Shown piece by piece: positions 27,592 to 36,335 of a stretch of 64,000 nucleotides of DNA. A program made the position numbers and the translations under genes. Origin of the DNA: Bryobacterales bacterium (lineage in GTDB: Bacteria; Acidobacteriota; Terriglobia; Bryobacterales; UBA6623); the NCBI GenBank assembly GCA_965237575.1, contig CBDEGI010000002.1, positions 160,424 through 224,423 on the forward strand, written 5' to 3'. Numbering within the stretch: position 1 is the stretch's first letter; each line of letters begins with the position of its first letter. The notes beneath the pieces are model-generated. The model was not told the origin of the DNA. It ran no database searches and worked only from the letters and a program-made list of their open reading frames with translations.

Positions 27592-28919
27592 GGTTGCCCG
27601 ATGGCGATGAGCGAATCTTTGGTGCGGAAATACAAGACACCGTCCGAGATTGCAGGTGTCGCTAGCACGGGCTCGTGCAGCTTGTTCGTTGCGAGCAACG
27701 AATACTCCTGGCCCGAACCGACAACATAGACGTCGCCGTCTTCATTTGCGAGGTAGATCTTCCCATCACCGGCCACGGGCGAGGCGGTGAAGGCCCCGGG
27801 CGCTAGGCGCTGACGATAAACAATCTCGCCGCTCTTGGGACGGAGACAGACCAAGATCCCATTCCAGCGACTCACGTAAAGGAGCCCTCCGAACAGCAGG
27901 GGCGTCTGCATGTAACTGCCCTGGCGGCGAACGACCCACGCCAGCCCCTCGGCACGATCGTTGGAAAGGGTCAGGGTGCCGCGCTGGCCGGACCTGACAG
28001 CGTAGACGGGCGACAAGTCCCCGTGTGAGTTCGTGAGAACGAACAACCCATCGGCATAGATCGGCGTGGGAACAGGAATGTCGCCTCCTCCGTCAACGCG
28101 CCACAGTTCCTCTCCGGTCTCGAAGTCATAGCTGCCGGCGTGCTTGTAGCCGTTGACCACTACCTGCGTCCTCTCACCCGTGTCCACGACCAACGGAGCA
28201 CCCCAGGTAGGTACGTCGCGACGTTCGACACGCCAGCGCTGCTTTCCGTCTTTGAGCCGATGCACGGCAAGAAACCCTCCCTGCTGCACGTCCGCCAAGA
28301 CCACAACCTGGCCGTCGTGAATGACGGGGGAGTTGCCAAACTCCCACTGAGCTTCCGGGACGCGAAAGTACCCCGCGTCGAGCACACCGAAGTCGTGGCT
28401 CCACAGGACGGTACCTTCCAGGTCCAGACAGTACAGGCCCTCCGAGCCAAAGAACACCACGAGACGCTCGCCGTCCGTGGCCATCGTTGTATTCGCGTGC
28501 GAGGACTTGAGGTGACGCTTCACCGCCGGAACACCGTGATGCAGGTCGCGCTCCCAGAGCAGATCCCCGTTGTGCTTGTCGTAGCAGAGGACTTTCCACG
28601 TGTGTTCGGATTGGTCGTCGACCGAGTCGATGTCCCCGTAACGGCCTGTACGAAGGTCTCCCGGGTCGGCGGTGCTGACGGCGGTGGTGAGGAAGAGCTT
28701 GTCACCCCAGATCACCGGACTGGAAAGGCCCAAGCCCGGGACTTCCGCGCGCCAGCGGATGTTCTCACCGGTCTTGACATCCCAGCGCAGCGGGAGGCTG
28801 TGACCCTCGGCCACACCGGCGGCCTGATGACCGCGGAACTGCGGCCAGTTGCCGTCGGTGGGTTGTGCGGCCGCGACAGAGACACCCAGAGCAATCAATA
28901 AGATGACAAGCGCATTCAT
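27588..28919 (-). CDS. PQQ-like beta-propeller repeat protein, exported
   Basis: The signal is MNALVILLIALGVSVAAAQP. NWPQFRG...G.....P..W........W...VPG.G.SSPVIWGDKLFL and repeated G..LW / DG..YV units are typical of PQQ-repeat/BamB-like propellers. Confidence 0.75.
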   Translation of the reverse strand: MNALVILLIALGVSVAAAQPTDGNWPQFRGHQAAGVAEGHSLPLRWDVKTGENIRWRAEVPGLGLSSPVIWGDKLFLTTAVSTADPGDLRTGRYGDIDSVDDQSEHTWKVLCYDKHNGDLLWERDLHHGVPAVKRHLKSSHANTTMATDGERLVVFFGSEGLYCLDLEGTVLWSHDFGVLDAGYFRVPEAQWEFGNSPVIHDGQVVVLADVQQGGFLAVHRLKDGKQRWRVERRDVPTWGAPLVVDTGERTQVVVNGYKHAGSYDFETGEELWRVDGGGDIPVPTPIYADGLFVLTNSHGDLSPVYAVRSGQRGTLTLSNDRAEGLAWVVRRQGSYMQTPLLFGGLLYVSRWNGILVCLRPKSGEIVYRQRLAPGAFTASPVAGDGKIYLANEDGDVYVVGSGQEYSLLATNKLHEPVLATPAISDGVLYFRTKDSLIAIGQP

Positions 28920-29091
28920 TCTTTTTGCGAGACCAGGAAGGCTCAGCGTACCAGCGGCAGCGATCGTTCGGTGGCTGTCCTCGATCCCCGTCCTCGATCC
29001 CCCTCAGGCTACCTAGCGAGCAGACTGCGGATTGCCGAGATTTCCGTTCTGGTCTACTGGCCGCGTTCAGCCGCAATTCCCGCCATCGTTC

Positions 29092-30075
29092 TCAACCCGA
29101 GCAGCCCACACACACGGGCGCCAACCCCTCGGAAAAGCCTCCAACGCTTCCATACCTTGGTTGGATGACGAACTTGCCGCGTTTGTTGACGTAACCCCAG
29201 TTCTGCCCGGAGCTTGACGGTCCACAGTCACCGTTACACGCGGCAGCCAGTCCCTGTGAGAACGATCCGACACTCCAGCCTTGAAGTTCCAGGAGAGCTT
29301 TCCCGTTTGAGTCAATGAAAGCAATACCCGCGGTCGTCCGAACGAGAGCCAATCCCTCAGCGAAGTCGCCGGCTCGACGATCCGGCTGAGCCACGATTGC
29401 CAGTTTGCCGCTTCTGTCGATGTAGCCTTGATCTGTCGCGGCGAGGCCCTGGGAAAAGGGGTGCGCCCACGCAAATTGGGGCTCGATGAGAAATTGCCCC
29501 AAACGGTTAATGAACCCGTGTCGCCGTTCGTAAAGATTGTCAGTCCTATCCAAGCTGACCGCAGCGAGTCCCTCGCTAAATGGACCTGATCGACTAAACT
29601 GCAGCGGAATCACGAAATCACCGTTCTTGTTGATGTAGCCTTTGCGGGCTAGTTTGAGGTCCCGGTTACGACAAGGTCCTATGCATACCTCCGCGAGGCC
29701 CTCAGAGAACGGCCGCGCCCAGTTGAACCGCTCAGGGATAACCAGAGTGCCGAGTTTGCCGATGTAGCCAAATAGAGTTCCCGGCTCCCAATATCCCTCT
29801 GAGGGTGTCGATGTTACAACGGCAAGGCCGTCAGAAAATGACGATGCGGAACCATATTGTGGACTGATCACCAATCGCCCGGTGTTGTTGATATAGCCCC
29901 ACTTGCCGTGGACCATCACGGCCGCTAGCCCTTCGGAGAACTCCTGCGCCGATTCAAACTCTGAAGGGATTTGGATGGTTCCAGACTGGTCTATGTAAGC
30001 CCATACCGCCGGGCGTGACGAAGCTGAACTGCAATCCCACAAGCTCATGGCAAGGAGGACCATCCATAGCATCAC
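29092..30075 (-). CDS. WG-repeat (KWG) protein, exported
   Basis: About eight repeats of the form WGYI(D/N)..G..VI.PQ(F/Y)..A..FSEGLA.V. Confidence 0.8.
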   Translation of the reverse strand: MMLWMVLLAMSLWDCSSASSRPAVWAYIDQSGTIQIPSEFESAQEFSEGLAAVMVHGKWGYINNTGRLVISPQYGSASSFSDGLAVVTSTPSEGYWEPGTLFGYIGKLGTLVIPERFNWARPFSEGLAEVCIGPCRNRDLKLARKGYINKNGDFVIPLQFSRSGPFSEGLAAVSLDRTDNLYERRHGFINRLGQFLIEPQFAWAHPFSQGLAATDQGYIDRSGKLAIVAQPDRRAGDFAEGLALVRTTAGIAFIDSNGKALLELQGWSVGSFSQGLAAACNGDCGPSSSGQNWGYVNKRGKFVIQPRYGSVGGFSEGLAPVCVGCSG

Positions 30076-30230
30076 ACATGACTCAGCCCTAGGCCAGGAT
30101 TTCCATTTTGGCCGTCCCGGCAGTGACAGAGTAGCCGGTAGAGCGCTGTTAGGGAACGTTCTTCGCAGGTCCTCCCCGTTCGATCCTCCTGTTTACGCCA
30201 GTCAGGACGTTCAGACTGGGCATCGTCAAG

Positions 30231-30269
30231 ACGATCCGGTGGACGATCCGGTGACGACGATCCGGTGAC
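30231..30269. repeat. short direct repeat ACGATCCGGTG x3 in a non-coding stretch
   Basis: Copies start at 30231, 30243 and 30257, followed by the palindrome GGTGACAGTCACC. Confidence 0.7.
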
Positions 30270-31061
30270 AGTCACCGATCGCCAGAGCCGTGACCGTAAG
30301 GGAGCGGTCCGGCACGAACTCTCACCCCCCGCAAAAAACCGTAGAGTCGAGAGAGAGTTCGGAGCCCGTAGCGCGGATCTCGGTTTTGAGATCCGCGGCC
30401 TTTCACCCAGCACAACTGCCCCGCTCAGTCACAGAAGTTCAAAATTTTTCTCACACGTTGATGTCAATCGACTTACCTTCAATCACCATCACCGGCTCAC
30501 CCCGCCACTCCGACTCCCACGTGCTACTCTCCAGGTGAGGGCTGGTCACATGGTGGCCGGCCCTCATGCGTTTGTCAACATCGAGGCCTCGATGAAGCGC
30601 AAAACAGTGTGCGGTGGCTCCGGCGCAAGCCCGTTGAGAGAACGACTCAGCGGGTGGCAGCCGGCGGCTAGGCGGCCCAAAGTTTGTAGGAAAGGGCCGC
30701 GACGCCCCGGAATCGGTTCCGGCAAGTAAGGATTAGGTTTGGAATGTGGACGGTTGTCTTTGGCAAAGCCGCGGTGAACGCTCAAAGCCCTTGGATTCAG
30801 GGTGAGTAAGCCGGGCCGCGGACCTTTCTTACAACGGTCCGATAGCATTCGAGACCCCCTTCGCACTGCGCCCTAGTAAAATGGGGCGGCCTCGGGGGAC
30901 TCCGCTCATAGAGCCGGAGCCCCCCAGAGGCGACAATCTGGACTTCGACTCACCGTGCAGGATACGTGTCTCTTCCCGGGGTCAGTGGCAATGGCTTCCA
31001 GAAGCCCTGCAGAGGCCTAGGAACAGAAGTAGTAGCCTCTTGTCCCCGACTTTGCGGAAGA

Positions 31062-31376
31062 CTACTCAGCAAGTGTCAACCTAGCTCCCCAAGTGAGACG
31101 GAGGACGCCTCCGATCGCAGAACTGAATCTCAGATGTTCTCCTTGTCGATTGTTGAACTCAAGGATATATTTCCTAGGTGGAGCGCCCGGCTCACCACTC
31201 CTGCTGTAAGTTCGACAGACAGCATCTTTTCTATTTTCACTGATTTCACAGCTTACCCATGCACCGTCATATCGACTGCCAGCCCACTGAGCGGTTTCGA
31301 GGAGGCCCGGTGGCCTTGGTGGAGGGTCTGGATAGTATTCACACGTAATTAGAAACGGAAGTAACACTAAGAGCAT
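31062..31376 (-). CDS. small hypothetical protein, possible lipoprotein
   Basis: The internal ATG 31376 gives MLLVLLPFLITCEYYPDPPP (a lipobox-like LITC). It lies in an AT-richer stretch and I recognise no family. Confidence 0.35.
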   Translation of the reverse strand: MLLVLLPFLITCEYYPDPPPRPPGLLETAQWAGSRYDGAWVSCEISENRKDAVCRTYSRSGEPGAPPRKYILEFNNRQGEHLRFSSAIGGVLRLTWGARLTLAE

Positions 31377-31639
31377 TGCTCTCAAGCATCGATCAACACG
31401 CACTTTGCTATTCCTCGCATCCTTCGATGCCATTGCATCGAACTGTTGCTGTCGGTGTCTCGTCAGGAGGCTGTTGCTGAAAGTTAATTCTCCGCTGGGC
31501 TGACAGCTGGATGATCAAGAGATCGAGTGTTATGGGCGTCTGAATACCGCCTCCGGCGCTTTGAGTGTTGAAGAAATGACGAAGATCTAGGTTTACGCCT
31601 GGTGCTTCTAAAGTACTCAAACAGAAGAAGGTACTGTTC

Positions 31640-31885
31640 CTACCGAGGAGACTGAATGGAGAGAAGTGAGGGACAGGCTACTACTTTTGAGAGTACCATG
31701 GGCCTCCACTCATCAGGAACGCGGATCAGCACAGGGTCAGACTCTCCGGCATCCTTCGCATTCTCGACAGCTTGTGCGTAGTTATCACCGCTGGCAACGA
31801 CGCGGGATTCGTCTTGCGAGAGCGCAACCGACGTGTTGGGAGCTGCACCGGCAAGGATCTTGACTCTTTCTTCAGCGGACATCAC
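31640..31885 (-). CDS. small protein resembling DUF5678 family
   Basis: ...SVALSQDESRVVASGDNYAQAVENAKDAGESDPVLIRVPDEW resembles the DUF5678 pattern (W-V-A-h...V-h-A-x-G-x-x-h-x-E-h...A...G...P-h-h-h-x-V-P). This match is from memory only. Confidence 0.35.
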   Translation of the reverse strand: MMSAEERVKILAGAAPNTSVALSQDESRVVASGDNYAQAVENAKDAGESDPVLIRVPDEWRPMVLSKVVACPSLLSIQSPR

Positions 31886-31942
31886 GCAATCCTCACTCCC
31901 CAGTCTAAATGCTACCGGAGTGCAACGGGGCTCAGCCTCACG

Positions 31943-33133
31943 CTACCGGAACCAGTCGTAGTTCAGGCCCAGTGAGCGGTCCTGGAGCGGCAGCTCCACT
32001 TTCTGTCCGCCCCGCTTGGCGGACTCCTTGAGCGCGATCTCGGTTTCGAGCGCCATGGCGACGCGGCGGCCGGAGTTCTTCGGCTCGTCCAGGCGGCCTT
32101 CCATGCAGGCGATGACGTCATCGAGGCAGTAGATCCCGCCGTAGGGCGGCAGGAACTGCGGTTCGGGCCACGGGGCGGGGACGCGCTGCTTGCCGGTGGG
32201 CGTCTCCATTTCGATGTCGAGCGCCCAAGCACGCTTGTAATCGAAGCGCATCTCTCCCTTGCTGCCATAGAGCCGAACACCCGGCGCTCCTTTGCGGAAG
32301 TGGACGACTTCGTCTTCAGTCGTCACCATCATGCCCTGCCCGCGGAACTCATCGCTGCCGGATTCGCACCGTGACTCGTCGCCATGACCCGTGACCCAAG
32401 CTGGCTTGCCGCGGAGGAAGTACGCCCAGTTCTGATGCTGCGCGAACGGCCCGCTCGCCTCGATGGAGTGCAACTCGCCGATCTCGCCCCCTCCGAGCAA
32501 TTCCTTGGCCTTCGCGAAAGAAGGATGAGTCGTGGTGATGGAGCCGGCGTTGAGCGGAATGTTCTTCTCGGCGCAGGCCTGGACCATGCGGTCAGCCTCT
32601 TCGAGGGTGTGGGACATGGGCTTCTCGACGAAGATGCCCTTGGCTCCCGCCTTGACGGCCTCGACGGTTAGGAAGGAGCGACCCTTGGTGTTGGTGGCGA
32701 TCGCGACGATGTCGAGGTGCGCTGTGGCATACATCTTTAGAGCGTCGTCGTAGAGTTCAACATTGCCATAGCGCTCTTTGAAGGCCTTCAGACGCTGTGG
32801 ATCGAACTCCGCGGCGGCGACGAGCTTCACCTCGGGCCGCGCCCACAACGCCTCGGCGTACGACGTCGGGTTGCCCTCGTTGCCCGGGTGGTCGTGATGG
32901 TTGAACTTGCGGTGGATATCGAGCTTGGGTGTCGGCCGCACTTTGTCCTCGACCTCGAAGCGGTCGGGTATGCGGTCGGCCAAGTCGTAGAGGAGCCCCA
33001 TCCAGCCAAGCCCGACGATCCCGCCACGGTATTTCGGCTCGGCCTCACGAGCAGCGGCCGCGGACGCCGCCGGATTGGCCACCATCGCGGCGGCACCGGT
33101 AATTGCTGTTCCCAAGAATCTTCTTCGAGACAT
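31943..33133 (-). CDS. Gfo/Idh/MocA-family oxidoreductase with Tat signal
   Basis: MSRRRFLGTAITGAAAMVANPAASAAAA is followed by the Rossmann segment GIVGLGWMG and ...HLDIVAIATNTKGRSFLTVEAVKAGAKGIFVEKPMSHTLEEADRMV. Confidence 0.8.
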   Translation of the reverse strand: MSRRRFLGTAITGAAAMVANPAASAAAAREAEPKYRGGIVGLGWMGLLYDLADRIPDRFEVEDKVRPTPKLDIHRKFNHHDHPGNEGNPTSYAEALWARPEVKLVAAAEFDPQRLKAFKERYGNVELYDDALKMYATAHLDIVAIATNTKGRSFLTVEAVKAGAKGIFVEKPMSHTLEEADRMVQACAEKNIPLNAGSITTTHPSFAKAKELLGGGEIGELHSIEASGPFAQHQNWAYFLRGKPAWVTGHGDESRCESGSDEFRGQGMMVTTEDEVVHFRKGAPGVRLYGSKGEMRFDYKRAWALDIEMETPTGKQRVPAPWPEPQFLPPYGGIYCLDDVIACMEGRLDEPKNSGRRVAMALETEIALKESAKRGGQKVELPLQDRSLGLNYDWFR

Positions 33134-33287
33134 CGTCCAGCCTCCTAGCCCGGCGCTACGGGTCTCTCACTGCTCTTGCCAGCCGACGCCGATCGAATTG
33201 AATCTTCGCATGCTTGCACCGCTTCTGCTTGGGCCGTTTCCTCAACTCAACCTAGGAGGCTCGCAAGGTGCAGTGATCTTGGAAGAC

Positions 33288-33313
33288 GGGCACGGCATGC
33301 CGTGCCCCTACAT
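33288..33313. repeat. intergenic palindromic element, copy B
   Basis: GGGCACGGCATGCCGTGCCC is a perfect 20-bp palindrome, followed by CTACAT and preceded by GGAAGAC. It sits in the divergent region between 31943-33133(-) and 33537(+). Confidence 0.9.
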
Positions 33314-33536
33314 GTGAACATGGATCCTGCCAGAGTAATTCGCAAGAGTCAGCAGTCGTCGACCACGTCGTTGAGATTGTAACGCTACCAATCGCGCGAA
33401 CCTTCTCGCCGAAGGTGTCTGTTACGATATTCCCGGTCAGCCACATAGTGCGCAGATCCGCCAGAACCGAGTAGGAAAAACCGATGCCGCATCCCAGACC
33501 ACTCCAGCTCCTCACCTCAACCGTCTTGGAGGCCCC

Positions 33537-34373
33537 ATGCTGAAAGTGCTGAATGAACGAGCCGTCGAGCAGTACAAGCGGGATGGATACTACTTCCCGG
33601 TCAAGATGCTCGACGATGAGCAAGTCGCGGCCAACCGAACGCTTCTGGAGAATTTCGAAACCAGTCAAGGCAAACCCATTGGGGGAGCGCTGCGGAATAA
33701 ATCTCATTTGCTGTTCACGTGGGTCGACGACCTGATGCGCCATCCGAAGATCCTCGATGCGGTCGAGGATCTGATTGGGGCCGATATCCTTTGCTGGAAC
33801 ACCTTCTTCTGGGTCAAGGAGCCCGGAAGCGAGAGTTTCGTCTCGTGGCATCAGGACCTGCGCTATTGGGGCCTCGACACCGACGACCTGGTCAGCGTGT
33901 GGCTGGCGCTATCCCCGGCAACGCTCGAGAGCGGATGCATGCGCGTACTGCCGGGCAGTCACCAAGGCGATCTCCTACCCCACAAAGATGAATTCAAGGA
34001 GAACAATCTCTTAACGCGCGGGCAGGAAATCTCGGTCGAGGTGGACGAAGCGAAGGCCGTGGCCATGCCGCTGCAACCGGGTGAGATGTCGATGCACAAC
34101 GTACGGTTGGCTCATGCATCGGGTCCCAACCGGTCCACCGATCGGCGGATCGGCCTCTCGCTGCACTACATGCCCACGCGCACGAAACAGGTTGTCGGCG
34201 AGTGGGACAGTGCGGCTCTTGTCCGCGGCGAGGACCGGCACGGTCACTTTACGCTCGCGCCACGTCCCTCTAAGGACTTCGATCCAGCCGCGGTGGCGTT
34301 TCACGAGAAAGCTACCCAGGCCATTCGCGACGTGCTGTTCAAGGACGCCGCGAAAGTCCGTCCGACGCTCTGA
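33537..34373 (+). CDS. phytanoyl-CoA dioxygenase (PhyH) family Fe(II)/2-oxoglutarate oxygenase
   Basis: QYKRDGYYFPVKML, SWHQDLRYWGL, VSVWLALSPAT and MHNVRLAHASGPN match the PhyH family. Confidence 0.8.
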   Translation: MLKVLNERAVEQYKRDGYYFPVKMLDDEQVAANRTLLENFETSQGKPIGGALRNKSHLLFTWVDDLMRHPKILDAVEDLIGADILCWNTFFWVKEPGSESFVSWHQDLRYWGLDTDDLVSVWLALSPATLESGCMRVLPGSHQGDLLPHKDEFKENNLLTRGQEISVEVDEAKAVAMPLQPGEMSMHNVRLAHASGPNRSTDRRIGLSLHYMPTRTKQVVGEWDSAALVRGEDRHGHFTLAPRPSKDFDPAAVAFHEKATQAIRDVLFKDAAKVRPTL

Positions 34374-34432
34374 CTCGCCTGCAAGTCACCCTGCAAGGCG
34401 GACCGTTCAACTCACCCGCGAAGGAGAGCGAC

Positions 34433-35614
34433 ATGAAATTACACGGCGTCATGCCGGCGCTGATCACCCCGTTCGACTCTGACAATCGAGTGTCGGAGCC
34501 GATGCTGCGGCGCTTGGTGGATCACTATGCCGGAATCGGCATGCACGGGCTGTACGTCTGCGGCGGTACGGGCGAGGGCATTCTGCTGACGGTCGAGGAA
34601 CGAAAAAGGGTCACCGAAATCGTGGTCGATGAGGCTCGCGGACGTCTTGCGGTAATCGTTCACGTGGGCGCAGTGGGCACCACGGACGCCGCCGAGTTGG
34701 CAGCACACGCCGGGCCGGCCGGCGCCGACGCCATTTCGAGTGTGCCGCCGTTTTACTATCGCGTCAGTACCGAAGCGATCTTCCAGCACTACTCCGCCAT
34801 CGCGGAACGATCGAGCCTGCCTTTCCTGCTCTACAACATGCCCGCGTCGACCGGGGTCACCGTCACTCCCGACATGATGAAGCGCTTCCTGGATATCCCG
34901 ACCGTTGCAGGGATGAAGTTCTCTTCCTACAACCTCTTTCAGATGCGCCAAATCCTGGAACTCGAGCCCGGCCGCATGACGGTGTTCTCGGGGAACGACG
35001 AGGTCTTCTTGGCGGCACTCGCAATGGGCGCCCAGGGAGCGATTGGTCTGACACTCAACTTCATGCCCAAGCTATTCCTCGATACGTATTCCCACTTCCA
35101 AGCAGGTCGCGTCGAAGCGGCTCAACAGAGCCAGTTCTTGGCGAATCGCGTCAAATGGGGTATCCACTTGACTCAGGTAGCCCCTAGGCGTTGTGGTTTG
35201 GTCGATCCATGGACGCCAGCACACTGCACCCAGAATGCACCCTGGGGCGCCAGACGCCGGTCTGCAGGCAATTGGGCCACGAGGCTGCGTTTCGGGGCCG
35301 ATCAAGGATTACGCACGCGCCATGGCCATCGCAGGCTTGGAAACGTGGTGCTATCGGCAAGCCTTTCCGGGGGCCGCCAATGGCCAACCACAGTATGTTG
35401 TGGTCACCTGAGTCAAATGGATACCCCACTTCGCGTCATTGGGGTGATCCTTCAATACAACTCACTTTCGGCGGGCAAAGAGGTCATGCGCTTCAAAGGG
35501 TATGACTGCGGCTTTGGCCGTGGTCCGATCGAGAGACTCACAGAGGAGCAAAAGAGAGAGCTTCGCGAGCAACTGGAAGCAACGGGCTACTTTGACTCGG
35601 ACGTCGGACTCTGA
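34433..35614 (+). CDS. dihydrodipicolinate synthase/N-acetylneuraminate lyase family protein carrying an in-frame 95-codon MITE insertion
   Basis: GVMPALITPF, GLYVCGGTGEG, YNMP and GMKFSS give the DapA/NanA fold up to ...FLANRV. About 95 unrelated codons follow, and the family-typical tail then resumes as IGVILQYNSLSAGKEVMRFKGYDCGFGRGPIERLTEEQ. Confidence 0.85.
   Translation: MKLHGVMPALITPFDSDNRVSEPMLRRLVDHYAGIGMHGLYVCGGTGEGILLTVEERKRVTEIVVDEARGRLAVIVHVGAVGTTDAAELAAHAGPAGADAISSVPPFYYRVSTEAIFQHYSAIAERSSLPFLLYNMPASTGVTVTPDMMKRFLDIPTVAGMKFSSYNLFQMRQILELEPGRMTVFSGNDEVFLAALAMGAQGAIGLTLNFMPKLFLDTYSHFQAGRVEAAQQSQFLANRVKWGIHLTQVAPRRCGLVDPWTPAHCTQNAPWGARRRSAGNWATRLRFGADQGLRTRHGHRRLGNVVLSASLSGGRQWPTTVCCGHLSQMDTPLRVIGVILQYNSLSAGKEVMRFKGYDCGFGRGPIERLTEEQKRELREQLEATGYFDSDVGL
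35153..35431. mobile_element. MITE (non-autonomous element, 279 bp) with 26-bp terminal inverted repeats
   Basis: The left end is AAATGGGGTATCCACTTGACTCAGGT (35153-35178). The reverse complement of 35406-35431 is AAGTGGGGTATCCATTTGACTCAGGT (24/26). It is flanked by direct CGCGTC(A) at 35147-35152 and 35432-35437. Deleting the element plus one duplicate restores ...ANRVIGVILQYN.... Confidence 0.85.
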
Positions 35615-35748
35615 CGGTACGGCCTGTCGATTGGTCTGACGGGTGGCTCGGGGCCCGCGATGATCGGGAGGAAGGGCACGCTGATACACTGTCGTCGAAA
35701 CCTCTGCCTGTTTCTACCAAGGGTGCTGTGGTTTCGGAAGGAAGGGTC

Positions 35749-35784
35749 AACGTCATGAACAACGTCATGAACAGCGTCATGAAA
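35749..35784 (+). repeat. 12-bp tandem repeat x3
   Basis: The units are AACGTCATGAAC / AACGTCATGAAC / AGCGTCATGAAA. Each contains an ATG, and they lie just upstream of the BNR fragment at 35805. Confidence 0.9.
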
Positions 35785-35804
35785 CCAGGAACTCACGCCA
35801 GTCT

Positions 35805-36335
35805 TTGGTGCTGTTGGTTGCCCTGATCGTGACGGGGACTGTTGTGACGGGGCCTTTATCGGGCCAGCAGGCCCCCGAGCTACACCAGCGGTTCGTCGCG
35901 ATCGACAACGTTTGTGCCTGGCCGAACGTGACCCTCTTGAAGGACGGAACGTTGACGGCGACCATCTTCAATCAGCCGTCCCACGGGCGTGTGGAAGGCG
36001 ATGTCGAAACCTGGATCAGCACCGACGGCGGCCTCTTGTGGGAGCGCAGCGGCGTCCCTGCGGTACACGAGCCGGGGACGAATCGTCTCAATGTCGCCGC
36101 CGGCAGGGCGCATGACGGCTCGCTCGTGGTGCTCTCCTCCGGAACGAGCAACATGGAACCTCGGGGCGGAAGCACAACCGATGGCCTCTGGGATTGGCTG
36201 CCGATCCTGGTTTCGCGGTCGTGGGACCGGGGACGAACCTGGCAACGCTCCTCTTCAGTGGAGTTGCCCGACGGCGTCGATTACATGATTCCTTTCGGCG
36301 ACATCATTGCCGGCAACGTAATAGGCGATCAGTAG
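35805..36335 (+). pseudogene. BNR/Asp-box sialidase-like protein, N-terminal half only
   Basis: The hydrophobic leader is LVLLVALIVTGTVVTG and the Asp-boxes are STDGGLLWE and SRSWDRGRTWQ. The ORF ends 13 codons after PFGDI, where it meets an opposite-strand paralogue. The only ATGs upstream are in another frame (MNNVMNSVMKPGTHAS...), which suggests an additional 5' frameshift. Confidence 0.6.

Noticed and set aside
30100-30215. tRNA-like or tmRNA-like fragment (GTAGCCGGTAGAGCGC ... CCGTTCGATCC)
   Set aside because: I could not fold a cloverleaf. The putative T-stem halves (TCCTCC and CCTCCT) are not complementary, and no acceptor pairing exists.
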